A stretch of DNA of 64,000 bases from Selenomonadaceae bacterium (GCA_963598415.1 CAVBUH010000050.1:14189-78188), one strand, 5' to 3'. Shown: positions 36,124 to 45,855, counted from the stretch's first letter. The notes: a model not told the origin generated them from the letters alone. Numbers and translations: made by a program.

Positions 36124-37884
36124 TTATTTTTCGACAACACAGTAGATTTCCCAGCCGCGCGTCTGCTCATATGTGCAGACAAGACCGCCTGACACGTTTG
36201 AAACATAATCAAAATACATCGGCAAAACATAGTTCCCATCGGTATCGATAAGACCGTATTTCCCATCGGAGCCCGCCACTGCGGCAAGTCCCTGAACATA
36301 CGGAGAAGCGAACGAATACACAGAAGGCATGATCCAGCCGCCGTCAAGATCCATATATCCGTATTTCCCGTTTTTTTCAAGCAAAAGGACTCCGTCGGAA
36401 TAATTTATAAGGTTATAACCGGCAGGAATATCGAAATATTCACCGGTCTTTGAGAGCAGACGATTCTCGTTTAGATATATTTTCTCGGTCTTTGTTCCCC
36501 GATAAACATATCTGACCATAGCATATCCGCGGTCAAAATAATACATTCCGAGATTCTCCATTCCGTTGGAAACCGGCTCAAAGTATGATTGCCGAACCTT
36601 TGTCCGCTGCTGATCACTATAACGTATGATCTCCTTATCGTTAAGCGTAATAACGGTTTTTCCGGTTCTGTCGATAAAAGACATCCTTTTTTCAAAATCA
36701 ACAACAGCCGCAATCCCGTCGGAGGTAAAATCAAATGCAGCTTCAAACTGAGGTTCTATGACGGTGTTTCCTTCCCCGTCACGGTACCCCCACATAAGCA
36801 CCGTTTCGACCGAATATAATTTCCCGTCGATAACAACGGTTTCCTCGCCCTCCGATGCCTCGTTTCGTTTTTCAGACAGGGAAATAACCGGATTCGGATT
36901 ACTGTCCGTCTCTTCGTCGGTATCCGCGTCCTCGGAAGACACCGGTTCCTCATTGCTTTCGGTCTCTTCAGGCGAGGTCGTCTCCGCTTCGCTGTCTGTA
37001 TCGTCCGAAGAGGTGGTATCCGGTTCCTCGGTATCGGTGCTCTCAGGTGAGGTAGCTTCCGGTTCTGTTACCGGAGGCTCCGTTGTAATCTCGGTATACA
37101 CCTCAACATATTCGCAATAAGGATAAGGACCGTTTCCCCGGTCAGCAGCGTAATATCCGGGAGCGTCGAAACGAATCGCTCGAAAATCGATTTGATTCTC
37201 GCTGATTTCGCCCGTCAGCCCCTTCTCGGAATCAATTTCATAATATTTGGTCTTTATGCTGACAACCGGCCTTCCCGATAACGATTTCGCATAGACGAGA
37301 GAACCGGTAAATTTTTTTATCAGTCTCTTTCCGTCTGTATTCCACACCGAAACGGTTTTGCCGTCATCAAGAAAGATCAGACCGTAATACAGCCGCACAG
37401 AAGGCGCTGTTTTCTTTTCCGTCACCTGTTTGGTATCGTAAAGGCCATCCTCTTTCTGATAAATAATCGTCTTTGTAACCGTTTCGGTGCGGCTGCCAAA
37501 ATTATTCTTAATTTCACCAAAATCGAAGGCAAGACGCGCTATTGAAGACTTGCTTCCGAACATATTTTCAGAAAGCCTCCATCCGTCGGCGCCTACTTCC
37601 GAGAGAGAAAGTATCATCTCCAACATTTTCTCTGCGTTATCGGTGCTTATCGACGTTTCCGTATCAGGAATATCCGTATCGGAAGTATCCGGAAAGGGAG
37701 CTTCCGTACCGATATCGGTTTCGGAACCGGTCACAGAATCGCTTTCTTCGGTGACCGCCGGAAGCGGACGTTTTATAAAAGAAATATCATAGACTCCCGC
37801 CTGATACAGTATCACTGCGACAATCAGAGCAAAAAAAACAAGAAGCGCCGTTAATCTGACCGCTATATTTTTTAATATTTTCAT
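36124..37884 (-). CDS. WG (KWG) repeat-containing membrane-anchored protein
   Basis: N-terminal TM, acidic T/S/E/D/P low-complexity linkers, and repeated ..GKYGYMDLDG..P.Y.. / GKYGLIDTDGNYVLP units. Confidence 0.7.
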   Translation of the reverse strand: MKILKNIAVRLTALLVFFALIVAVILYQAGVYDISFIKRPLPAVTEESDSVTGSETDIGTEAPFPDTSDTDIPDTETSISTDNAEKMLEMILSLSEVGADGWRLSENMFGSKSSIARLAFDFGEIKNNFGSRTETVTKTIIYQKEDGLYDTKQVTEKKTAPSVRLYYGLIFLDDGKTVSVWNTDGKRLIKKFTGSLVYAKSLSGRPVVSIKTKYYEIDSEKGLTGEISENQIDFRAIRFDAPGYYAADRGNGPYPYCEYVEVYTEITTEPPVTEPEATSPESTDTEEPDTTSSDDTDSEAETTSPEETESNEEPVSSEDADTDEETDSNPNPVISLSEKRNEASEGEETVVIDGKLYSVETVLMWGYRDGEGNTVIEPQFEAAFDFTSDGIAAVVDFEKRMSFIDRTGKTVITLNDKEIIRYSDQQRTKVRQSYFEPVSNGMENLGMYYFDRGYAMVRYVYRGTKTEKIYLNENRLLSKTGEYFDIPAGYNLINYSDGVLLLEKNGKYGYMDLDGGWIMPSVYSFASPYVQGLAAVAGSDGKYGLIDTDGNYVLPMYFDYVSNVSGGLVCTYEQTRGWEIYCVVEK

Positions 37885-37899
37885 AAGCCGTATCTCCTG

Positions 37900-38325
37900 T
37901 TATTTGTGATACTTCCCGTGGTTTGCAATCGAAAATGCACGGTATATCTGTTCAAGCAGAATAACTCTCATAAGCTGATGCGGAAAGGTCATTTTGGAAA
38001 AAGAAAGTCTGAGATCGCAGGCAGCTTTTATGTCCTCTCCCATGCCGTCGGAATCACCGATGACAAATACAATTTCCGATATTCCGTTTACCGCAATACC
38101 GCCGATTTTTTCCGAAAGCTCCTCGGAGGAAAGCTGCCTTCCCTCGACGCAGAGTGCAATTTTATATGCTCTGCGAGGCAGCTTGGATATAATTTCTCTG
38201 TCACTTGACACCTCTGTTATTGTAAGCCTTGCAAAGCCATTTATACGCTTGGAATATTCTTTTACCGCATCGCGGAGATACTGTTCTTTCAGCGTACCGA
38301 CGCAGAGTATTGTTATATTCAGCAT
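37900..38325 (-). CDS. rlmH: 23S rRNA (pseudouridine1915-N3)-methyltransferase
   Basis: 141 aa SPOUT protein (MLNITILCVG..IGDSDG..LSFSKMTFPHQLMRVILLEQIYRA). Confidence 0.9.
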   Translation of the reverse strand: MLNITILCVGTLKEQYLRDAVKEYSKRINGFARLTITEVSSDREIISKLPRRAYKIALCVEGRQLSSEELSEKIGGIAVNGISEIVFVIGDSDGMGEDIKAACDLRLSFSKMTFPHQLMRVILLEQIYRAFSIANHGKYHK

Positions 38326-38374
38326 GACCGGTTCCTAAAATTTAAATTTCATTCTATTTGAAAAACATTATTTT

Positions 38375-39160
38375 TCAGACCAATACCGTAATATTCTCCT
38401 GATCGGCAACCACTACCGACGCACCGTAACCGCAGAGAGAATTTTTGACGGTTTTAAGAGCTGCTTCCGGCGTATTATTTTCTTTACTGAGATGCGCAAG
38501 CATAAAAGCATGCGTTCCGCTTCTCGCAAGCGCGGCAGCTATCTCCGCACAGTCGTCATTGGATAGATGACCACCGTCTGAAAGTATCCGCTTTTTAAGC
38601 GCCTCGGTATACTTTCCGTTTTTCACCATATCTCTGTCATGATTGGATTCAAGCATCACCGCATCGCACCCGTAAAGCATATCGTACACTCTCTGCGTAA
38701 CATAACCGAGATCGGTGGCAACACCGACAGAATGTCCCGCCAGACTCACACGGTATCCGACGCACCGGACGCTGTCGTGAGGCGTACAAAACGCTTCTAT
38801 CTCGGCTCCGCCGTCAAGCTCAAGCCTAAATTCGTCTTCATGCATGATGAGACATTCAAAAAGCGGCGTATTCCTGCAAATACCAAGCATCGCCGCCGAT
38901 TGCTTTATCATATGGACCGGCATCCTGTATTTCTTTGCCAGCACAGGAAGAGCATGCGTATGGTCGCTGTGTTCATGCGTCACAAATACCGCCGAAATAT
39001 CCTCCATACCGACGCCGAGATTATGAAGCGCCCCTTCAATCGCTTTGGCGGTTCCGCCGGCGTCAATCAGTATCTTATTTTTTCCGGCACGTATAAAGGT
39101 GCAATTCCCCTTTGAACCGGAAAAAAGATTGATAAGTTCAATTTCTCCGCAGTCCGTCAT
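38375..39160 (-). CDS. MBL-fold metallo-hydrolase (YycJ/WalJ-like)
   Basis: Motif HEHSDH, 261 aa. The ATG overlaps the stop of the upstream gene (ATGA). Confidence 0.85.
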   Translation of the reverse strand: MTDCGEIELINLFSGSKGNCTFIRAGKNKILIDAGGTAKAIEGALHNLGVGMEDISAVFVTHEHSDHTHALPVLAKKYRMPVHMIKQSAAMLGICRNTPLFECLIMHEDEFRLELDGGAEIEAFCTPHDSVRCVGYRVSLAGHSVGVATDLGYVTQRVYDMLYGCDAVMLESNHDRDMVKNGKYTEALKKRILSDGGHLSNDDCAEIAAALARSGTHAFMLAHLSKENNTPEAALKTVKNSLCGYGASVVVADQENITVLV

Positions 39161-39573
39161 ATATCAAGCCCCATATTATAAGTAAGATAAATATAGATCA
39201 TATCAAATACCACCGTAAGAATAATCGGTATCAGAATATAAAGCAAAACCGAGGATTTTTTTCTGCGAACTACCTGCTCCGCAATAAAAGTATCCTTCTT
39301 TTCCTCGCTCCAATCGCCGGGAAGCATTTCTCTGTCGGGTACGGTCAGCATACCGCGGTTGAATGCTATATATACTACCGCAAGAATGCCGGCAGCAATA
39401 CAGTACGCATGGAGAATCCATTCCGCATAAAAATATATCGCTATCTGGTATACCGAAAAAATGACGATAAGGGAAACCGACAATATGAGAAGCTTCTTCC
39501 CCGGGATTTTTCTCTTGAGTTTTTGTTCTCCGTCTTTTAACGGAGCGTGTCTTTTTTTACGTTTCTTTTTCAA
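39157..39573 (-). CDS. small basic membrane protein, unknown function
   Basis: Lys/Arg-rich N-terminus followed by three hydrophobic helices. Translationally coupled to the MBL-fold gene. Confidence 0.5.
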   Translation of the reverse strand: MKKKRKKRHAPLKDGEQKLKRKIPGKKLLILSVSLIVIFSVYQIAIYFYAEWILHAYCIAAGILAVVYIAFNRGMLTVPDREMLPGDWSEEKKDTFIAEQVVRRKKSSVLLYILIPIILTVVFDMIYIYLTYNMGLDI

Positions 39574-39587
39574 AATCTTACCTCAGC

Positions 39588-40715
39588 TTACGAAATATCC
39601 TCTCCCGCAAGCGCCAGAAGACCGGCGCGAAGGGCTTTGGCGGCAATCGCCCTCTCCTCCGGCGTCCCTGATTCGAGACATGGACGCATTTCTCTGAAAA
39701 AAGCTCCTCTTATTGTAGGATCATTTTCAAGAGCTTGTACGTCATAAAGGGGAAGAGTGCGGTCAATTATCTCTATGTAAAACAACCCCTGACCGACCGT
39801 CTCTTCAAGCTCCTTCGTATTGATCACAAGCTCCGGAGACACGTTCCCCGTCAGTATCAGCCGTAAAAGCGTATCGGAGCCAAGCTTTCCTTCCGAAACC
39901 GCATTTCTGATACCCGTCAAAAGCTGTCCCGATTCCGAACAGCCTGATACATCGGCAAAGAGCACCTCATACCTTCGCTTTGAAAAACGCACGCCCGTCG
40001 CTTTCACCGAGGTAAGCCCGCGCTCCTTTGTAATTTCTGCATATATCGCTCCCTTGTGCCCCGTTTCTCCGAAGTCCCTTCCCTCAAGACATCCGCTGTA
40101 AGCATAAAAGGTGTTTCCCACCTTTTTTAATCCGTCGGAATTGTGAACATGCCCGAAAGCACAGTAATCAAAACCGCAGGCGGCAATATCCGATTGAGAG
40201 ACGGGACAATAGACGGAAAGAGGATTCCCGACATCGGCATGAGCGCATAGAATATTGATTCTTGACGAATCCTCAGGGCTTCTCCCCGCAAAAGGATTAT
40301 AATCAAGGGTACTTTTCACAAATGCATATCCGTATACGTCGGTATTGAGTTCGGGAAAAGAAAATTTATTCAGCGCCGTATCGGAAAAAACAAAAGCATT
40401 ATCGGGGAATACCGTTTTGGCATAAACGCTGTCCTGCGTATAGGGATCATGATTGCCGGGCGCTATCACGAAGCGGCAGGGAGCCGCCGCCGCAAGCTCT
40501 TTCACAAAATAGTCTGCCATATCCTTTGTCATAAAGCCGCTGTCGAAAAGATCTCCGGACATAAGCGCAATATCGATTTTATTTGTTTTTATATACATGA
40601 TAAGCGAAGAAAAAGTTCCGCGCAGCTCTCTGCGGCGCACCTCTGATTTTCCCGCGTTTCCGCTTTTAAAAGGGCTGTCAAGATGAAGGTCGGCGCAGTG
40701 AAGAATTTTAAGCAT
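39588..40715 (-). CDS. SbcD/YhaO-like metallophosphoesterase (DNA repair exonuclease family)
   Basis: Calcineurin-like motifs MLKILHCADLHLD, SGDLFD, GNHD and FGHVH. 375 aa. Confidence 0.8.
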   Translation of the reverse strand: MLKILHCADLHLDSPFKSGNAGKSEVRRRELRGTFSSLIMYIKTNKIDIALMSGDLFDSGFMTKDMADYFVKELAAAAPCRFVIAPGNHDPYTQDSVYAKTVFPDNAFVFSDTALNKFSFPELNTDVYGYAFVKSTLDYNPFAGRSPEDSSRINILCAHADVGNPLSVYCPVSQSDIAACGFDYCAFGHVHNSDGLKKVGNTFYAYSGCLEGRDFGETGHKGAIYAEITKERGLTSVKATGVRFSKRRYEVLFADVSGCSESGQLLTGIRNAVSEGKLGSDTLLRLILTGNVSPELVINTKELEETVGQGLFYIEIIDRTLPLYDVQALENDPTIRGAFFREMRPCLESGTPEERAIAAKALRAGLLALAGEDIS

Positions 40716-41053
40716 GGTTTTCCTCCGATGTGAGTGTATATGTTTCTATTATAGAATAAAATTGTTACTTTTTCAACCGTTTTTTATAATACTCTTTATT
40801 TTTTTTGAAAATGTGTTATAATAAATACGGTCGCTGCCGTACAAAGCTCTGCTGCGCGTACGGCTCCAGCATTCAAACCGATTCAAAACGAAAGGAGAAC
40901 GGCGATTTCGCTTTATATAGGGGGCAGAAACCGTCATTCGGTTTCCGCGATAAATGTCCCGTCCCCGAAAAAAACATCTGAAACCGATCCGAACTATCCG
41001 AGCAGCGCGGAACGTTTCACTTAAGTTACAGTGCAAAGCCGCCGAAAATCATA

Positions 41054-41449
41054 ATGGCTAACTACAGAAAAGGACGTGTAGATGAGGAAATGCGCAAGGA
41101 GCTTTCCGACATTCTCCGTACCGTGAAGGATCCCCGTGTAACCTCTGCGTTTGTAAGCATAACCGGAGTTGACTGCACGGCAGACCTCAAATTTGCAAAA
41201 ATATATTACTCTGTAATGGGAGAGCGCCGTGAAGGAGATACAGGCAAAGGACTTGAAAACGCCTCCGGATATATCAGAACTCAGCTTGCCAAAAATCTCA
41301 ATCTCAGAATTACGCCGGAGCTTAAATTTATCGCCGACGATTCCATAAAACGCGGCGCTCATATCACCAATCTTCTCCGTAAAGTCGAAAAAGAACTCGA
41401 CGACGTCGACAAAGCCGAAGAAGATAAAGACGGAACGGAGGACGAATGA
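41054..41449 (+). CDS. rbfA: ribosome-binding factor A
   Basis: ..RVDEEMRKELSDIL..KDPRV..VSITGVDCTADLKFAKIYYSV.. with an acidic C-terminal tail. Confidence 0.9.
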   Translation: MANYRKGRVDEEMRKELSDILRTVKDPRVTSAFVSITGVDCTADLKFAKIYYSVMGERREGDTGKGLENASGYIRTQLAKNLNLRITPELKFIADDSIKRGAHITNLLRKVEKELDDVDKAEEDKDGTEDE

Positions 41450-42438
41450 TGCCGGCAAACAACATTACTCTTGAAGAAGCCGCAGACTTTTTTGTAAGCG
41501 GAGACTCCTTTCTAATTCTCTGTCACAAGCATCCCGACGGCGATACGCTCGGCTCGGCGCTCGCCCTTAAACGGGCACTTATTTATCTGGAAAAAAAAGC
41601 CGAGATTCTTTGTGCGGATCTGCCCTCGCCGAATAATGAATTTCTTTTTGACGGGGAAGATTTTCCCGCCTTTGATCCGGAGGATGAAAATGCCGTGCCG
41701 GTATCTGTTGACGTCGCGTCAGAAGAGCTTCTGGGTGATCTTCAGTCAAATTTCGGCGGAAGAATCGCGCTTAAAATCGATCATCATGCGACAAGCGACG
41801 ATTTTGCCGAACGAAACTATACCGATCCCTCTGCCGCCGCCTGCGGAGAGATTATTTATGATCTTCTGAAGCTGCTTGGTGTTCCGCCGGACATATTCTC
41901 CGAGCCGCTCTATGCGGCAATTTCCTCCGACACCGGAGGCTTTCGTTACTCCAATACCACTGCACATACCCACAGAATTGCAGCCGAGCTTCTTGAAGCG
42001 GGAGCCGACAACGCTTTTATCGATCATATGCTCTATGAAAGCCGCACACAGTCGGAAATACGGGCGCTGACCGCCGCCTACGCGAGCATGAGATATTTTC
42101 TCGACGGAAAGGTTGCCGTCACCGTCATTACCAATGACGACAAAAAACGTCTTGACCTCCGTGAAGAGGATCTCGGTATACTGAGTTCAATAACCAGAGA
42201 AATAAGCGGAGTTGAAGTGGGAATCACCATAAAGCAAAGTAAATCCGACGCTTCAAAATACAAAATATCGGTAAGAAGCGAGCAAAGCTTCCCCGCCAAT
42301 GCGCTGTGTGCTTTGTTCGGCGGAGGAGGACATTCCTGCGCCGCCGGAGCCGAAATTTCGGCGTCAAATCCCAAAATCGCCATCGCCACCGTTATAAAGC
42401 ATCTCGCCGACAGCGACCACGGCGTTATAATCGTTTGA
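41446..42438 (+). CDS. nrnA: DHH family phosphoesterase (NrnA-like oligoribonuclease/pAp phosphatase)
   Basis: Motifs HKHPDGDTLGS, IDHH and GGGGHSCAAG (DHHA1). The ATG overlaps the rbfA stop (ATGA). Confidence 0.85.
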   Translation: MMPANNITLEEAADFFVSGDSFLILCHKHPDGDTLGSALALKRALIYLEKKAEILCADLPSPNNEFLFDGEDFPAFDPEDENAVPVSVDVASEELLGDLQSNFGGRIALKIDHHATSDDFAERNYTDPSAAACGEIIYDLLKLLGVPPDIFSEPLYAAISSDTGGFRYSNTTAHTHRIAAELLEAGADNAFIDHMLYESRTQSEIRALTAAYASMRYFLDGKVAVTVITNDDKKRLDLREEDLGILSSITREISGVEVGITIKQSKSDASKYKISVRSEQSFPANALCALFGGGGHSCAAGAEISASNPKIAIATVIKHLADSDHGVIIV

Positions 42439-42490
42439 CCGCCGAAATTTCACATAGAATCTTACATTGCCGATTGTAAAAGTCAGCAAA

Positions 42491-42569
42491 TTAAGGGAAT
42501 TGCTGAATCAATCTGCTATACAGATTTCCGAGATGATTTTTGAACGATAAGGCAAAATGCAGGATATGG
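42491..42569 (+). repeat. family E module, copy E3
   Basis: TTAAGGGAATTGCTGAATCAATCTGCTATACAGATTTCCGAGATGATTTTTGAACGATAAGGCAAAATGCAGGATATGG. Confidence 0.8.
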
Positions 42570-42690
42570 TTAAGGCAGCCACAGCCGGTTCATGCCTTGC
42601 GCCTTGACGGCATATCTGCTTGTCCGGTTTCCGTCTGCTCCACAAATTTGATCGGCGAATTCTCCGATGAAAACACCTTACAAACGGGCA
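42570..42690 (+). repeat. family A repeat, copy A11 (truncated/decayed right half)
   Basis: TTAAGGCAGCCACAGCCGGTTCATGCCTTGCGCCTTGACGGCATATCTGCTTGTCC... with no recognisable right terminus. Confidence 0.6.
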
Positions 42691-42743
42691 AAGCGAGTCC
42701 GCACACCGAGAGGGCACAGTAAAAATCTGTCATTTCGGACTTC

Positions 42744-42780
42744 GGTGATAAGCGTGCATAAACCTGCCGCAGTGTAACCG
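42744..42780 (-). repeat. family D repeat, partial copy D3
   Basis: The reverse complement (CGGTTACACTGCGGCAGGTTTATGCACGCTTATCACC) matches the left ends of D1 and D2. Confidence 0.65.
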
Positions 42781-42805
42781 ATTGTAAAACAAAGTTTTAC
42801 AATCG
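42779..42805. promoter_or_regulatory. perfect 12-bp inverted repeat upstream of the Cys-rich protein gene
   Basis: CGATTGTAAAAC aaa GTTTTACAATCG, ending 32 nt before ATG 42838. Confidence 0.4.
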
Positions 42806-42837
42806 CCTGAAAAAATCATACATACAAGGATAGAACT

Positions 42838-43554
42838 ATGAGCGAAAAAATCTATACCATACCCGTGAACGAGGCTTTTGAAGCCTGTGCCGAAGAGCAT
42901 TCCCGCGGATGCCCTTTCTGCCGAATTTACAATAAGCTGGAAGCGAATGAGCTTGATCTGATTCTCGGCGCATCCATGATGGAACCTGATGTAAGAAAAC
43001 AAACAAACGAGAAAAGCTTTTGCCCCGACCACTTCAATATGCTTCTTACAGAAAAAAATCGGCTCGGTCTTGCTTTGATTCTGGAATCTCACATGAATCA
43101 GCTCCGTGAAGAAGTGAACGACAAAGGTCTTGCAGCACTGGTAGGAAAAACCGGAAGCGCCGCCCCGAAACGCCTGAACCGTCTTGACGGAAGCTGCTAT
43201 GTCTGTGACAGGATAGAATATTCCTTCAGCCGGATGCTCTCAAACGCAGTGCTTCTTTGGACGGAAGACGATAGCTTTCGAGATAAGGTGCAGGCTCAGC
43301 CATATATCTGCCTGCCTCATTTCAGGATGTGGCTTGAAGCCGCGGAACGCGAGCTGAAACGCGGTTATCCTGATTTCTACAAGGCGGTATCAAGGCCGGT
43401 ATACGCATATTTTGACGAGCTGCGCTCCGACATCTCCTGGTTCTGTAAAAAATTTGATTACCGCTATGACGCCGAACCGTGGGGCAACGCAAAGGATGCC
43501 GTCGAAAGAGCCGGTAAATTTCTCTGCGGAGATTTACACAAACCCGTAAGATAA
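42838..43554 (+). CDS. Cys-rich protein of unknown function (two CxxC...CxxH modules)
   Basis: 238 aa with CPFC...CPDH and CYVC...CLPH spaced as two similar half-domains. Good SD context. Confidence 0.6.
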   Translation: MSEKIYTIPVNEAFEACAEEHSRGCPFCRIYNKLEANELDLILGASMMEPDVRKQTNEKSFCPDHFNMLLTEKNRLGLALILESHMNQLREEVNDKGLAALVGKTGSAAPKRLNRLDGSCYVCDRIEYSFSRMLSNAVLLWTEDDSFRDKVQAQPYICLPHFRMWLEAAERELKRGYPDFYKAVSRPVYAYFDELRSDISWFCKKFDYRYDAEPWGNAKDAVERAGKFLCGDLHKPVR

Positions 43555-43698
43555 AAATAAAAATACAAAAAAACACAACAACAAACTTCTGAAAAACCGA
43601 TCCATCCGAAAAATCAGCAGCAAATAAGGCAAGTTCTATTCAAATTCCTCCGTGAAGCACAAAATTCGTATCATTTTAAAAAATATCTTAAAAACCTA

Positions 43699-43727
43699 TT
43701 GCAAAATGATTTAATATCGGTTAAAAT
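43699..43727 (+). promoter_or_regulatory. candidate sigma-A promoter of efp
   Basis: TTGCAA (43699-43704), 17 nt, TAAAAT (43722-43727). Confidence 0.5.
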
Positions 43728-43775
43728 ATAGGATAGGTTAATAATTTTGTTTTGATATATTGGAGGAACACTTAT

Positions 43776-44333
43776 ATGGTAACAGCCGGTGATTTCAGAA
43801 ACGGCCTGACTTTTGAAATGGATGGAAATGTAATGCAGGTAGTCGAATTCCAGCACGTTAAGCCGGGAAAAGGCGCTGCTTTTGTTCGCACAAAACTTAA
43901 AAACGTCATAACAGGCGCCGTCATCGAAAAAACCTTCAGCCCCACCGACAAATTTGAAAACGCTTATGTCGAGCGCAAGGATATGGAATATCTTTACAAT
44001 GACGGCGAGCTTTACTACTTCATGGATACCGAGACTTATGAGCAGATTCCCCTTGACGCCAACAAGCTCGGCGATAACTTCCGCTTTGTTAAGGAAAATA
44101 TGATCTGCAAGATCGTTTCCTTTAAGGGAAATGTTTTCTCTGTAGAGCCTCCTATGTTCGTTGAACTTGAAGTAACCGATACGGAGCCCGGATTTAAAGG
44201 AGATACCGCGACCGGTACTACAAAGCCCGCAACACTTGAGACCGGAGCGGTTATCAGAGTGCCGCTCTTTATCGATATCGGCACGAGAATCCGTATTGAC
44301 ACCCGTACAGGCGAGTATATCGAGCGCGCTTAA
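43776..44333 (+). CDS. efp: elongation factor P
   Basis: GGAGG SD then ATG 43776 ([43 protein letters not shown]..). 185 aa. Confidence 0.95.
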   Translation: MVTAGDFRNGLTFEMDGNVMQVVEFQHVKPGKGAAFVRTKLKNVITGAVIEKTFSPTDKFENAYVERKDMEYLYNDGELYYFMDTETYEQIPLDANKLGDNFRFVKENMICKIVSFKGNVFSVEPPMFVELEVTDTEPGFKGDTATGTTKPATLETGAVIRVPLFIDIGTRIRIDTRTGEYIERA

Positions 44334-44467
44334 CCCCACAATCGCGCCACCATGCGATATCGTATGGTCTCGCGCATATAACAGTTCAAAATTGCGCCGG
44401 TCTTGCTTATTCAGATTCGGCGCTTTTAAAAACAATTTTAGTAGTAAAATGAAGGGAAAATACCATT

Positions 44468-44809
44468 ATGAAGATCACAGAAAAAACCGCATATCTCAAG
44501 GGACTTCTTGAGGGACTTTCAATAGATGAAGCCAAACCGGAAGCAAAGCTTCTCAAAGCAATCATCGAAACGCTTGACGATATGGCGGCAGAGGTCGCCG
44601 AGCTTACGGCAGAAACCGAGCATCTTGAGGATTACCTGGATGAAATCGATTATGATCTCGGAAACCTTGAAGCGGATTATTACGAAGCATGGGACGACGA
44701 AGATGAGGATGACGACTTCGACGACGAAGATTACTGCTACTGCGACGAATGCGACGAAGAAAATTGCACCGACTGCGAGCTTGCGGACGGCGAAAACGAC
44801 GCGGAATAA
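44468..44809 (+). CDS. acidic protein with C-terminal Cys cluster, conserved downstream of efp in clostridia
   Basis: 113 aa with a helical N-terminal part, a D/E-rich tail, and CYCDEC..CTDC. Confidence 0.6.
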   Translation: MKITEKTAYLKGLLEGLSIDEAKPEAKLLKAIIETLDDMAAEVAELTAETEHLEDYLDEIDYDLGNLEADYYEAWDDEDEDDDFDDEDYCYCDECDEENCTDCELADGENDAE

Positions 44810-44835
44810 GTCCCGACAAACCTGAAGAACATAGA

Positions 44836-44872
44836 GGGGAAAGCTGTTTATCACAGCTTTCCCCGTCTTATT
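44836..44872 (+). terminator. rho-independent terminator
   Basis: GGGGAAAGCTGT ttatc ACAGCTTTCCCC followed by GTCTTATT. Confidence 0.7.
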
Positions 44873-45159
44873 GTATACACGGAATGCAATCAGACGATTT
44901 CAAACAAACGAGGGTTCTTCCATAATCGGCAAACGCAAATGCGGTAAAGACCGCGGAAAATCCGAATGAATAAACGACAAAAGCATTATGTATTTCCTTG
45001 CACCTGCCGGAAATAACAGCTATATCAAGGCGAATAATATCAATTCGTAAAAAAAGCAGCAATACTTTTGTGACAAGCGAAACACTGCATGCAAACGAAA
45101 ACGGCAATTACGTTCTTGCTTACATGCTAAGTACCCACTAAATAAATTCTCAACGCATC

Positions 45160-45210
45160 TTTCCGGCTGATTTTTTGCCTTGTCGTTCAAAGAATCATCT
45201 TGGAAATCTG
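45160..45210 (-). repeat. family E module, partial copy E4 (inverted)
   Basis: The reverse complement (CAGATTTCCAAGATGATTCTTTGAACGACAAGGCAAAAAATCAG) matches the E1-E3 core. Confidence 0.7.
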
Positions 45211-45354
45211 GGGCAGTCGGGTTTTGCGGATGAAATCCTAAATTTTGACCATTTAAATTCATAATAATCCAAAGAAAAATACAGTCAAAAACACCCGATT
45301 CGGCATTTTCCCGACCGGGAAAATGCCGGGCTTGTTGCTTAACGCAACAGCCCG
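45210..45354 (-). repeat. family C repeat, copy C2
   Basis: The reverse complement is near-identical to 8261-8425 (..GGTGTTTTTGACTGTATTTTTCTTTGGATTATTATGAATTTAAATGGTCAAAAT..). Confidence 0.8.
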
Positions 45355-45434
45355 ACTAATTCTCCGATAATGCAGATGTGACAGTAAAACCGGATTTGAT
45401 AAATCCAATACCAAGAAATCAAAGCATGTATCCC

Positions 45435-45613
45435 TTAAGACAATACCGCTGAGTTCTGACGGTGCAGATACGCAGTCATATTTTTTCGTAAAACAATACA
45501 AATTGAGGAGGCGAGAGCCGACTTCTCTGCCGACGAAATTTGTGAAGTGTGAGAAACAGACAAACAGATATGCCGTCAAAGCGCAAGCCGTGACCCCGGC
45601 GGTATTGCCTTAA
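45435..45613 (-). repeat. family A repeat, copy A12 (inverted orientation)
   Basis: TTAAGACAATACCGCTGAG...CTCTGCCGACGAAATTTGTGAAGTGTGAG...CCCCGGCGGTATTGCCTTAA. Confidence 0.85.
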
Positions 45614-45633
45614 TTCCAAATCGATGCAGAATA

Positions 45634-45855
45634 TTGTACTATACTCATCCGTATTCCTCTTATAAAAGGGTGACCAATGAAAAGCAGAGTTTACTTGTTC
45701 GCAGATTGGTCCTTAAAGGGAAATCCCTTGATTCCGTTACCGATGAACAAATTGCTTTTGTTGAACAATGGATTAACAATTTGCCACAGAAAATCTTCAG
45801 ATACCGTTGCTCTGATTTTATTTTTAAAAGTGTCCTATTTGATATTGCAATTTAG
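45634..45855 (+). pseudogene. IS30-family transposase, C-terminal fragment only
   Basis: ..HPYSSYKRVTNEKQSLLVRRLVLKGKSLDSVTDEQIAFVEQWINNLPQKIFRY.. resembles the IS30 DDE C-terminus (HPY..W.RG.NEN.NGL.R...PKG......E.I..V....N..PRK.LGY). No upstream catalytic part; begins 20 nt after repeat A12. Confidence 0.6.

Noticed and set aside
44868-45262. 79-80-aa minus-strand ORFs downstream of the acidic protein gene.
   Set aside because: No SD is present, and they overlap the terminator and repeat modules E4 and C2. The sequence of one (MNLNGQN.GFHPQNPT) is duplicated at 8360 only because of repeat C.
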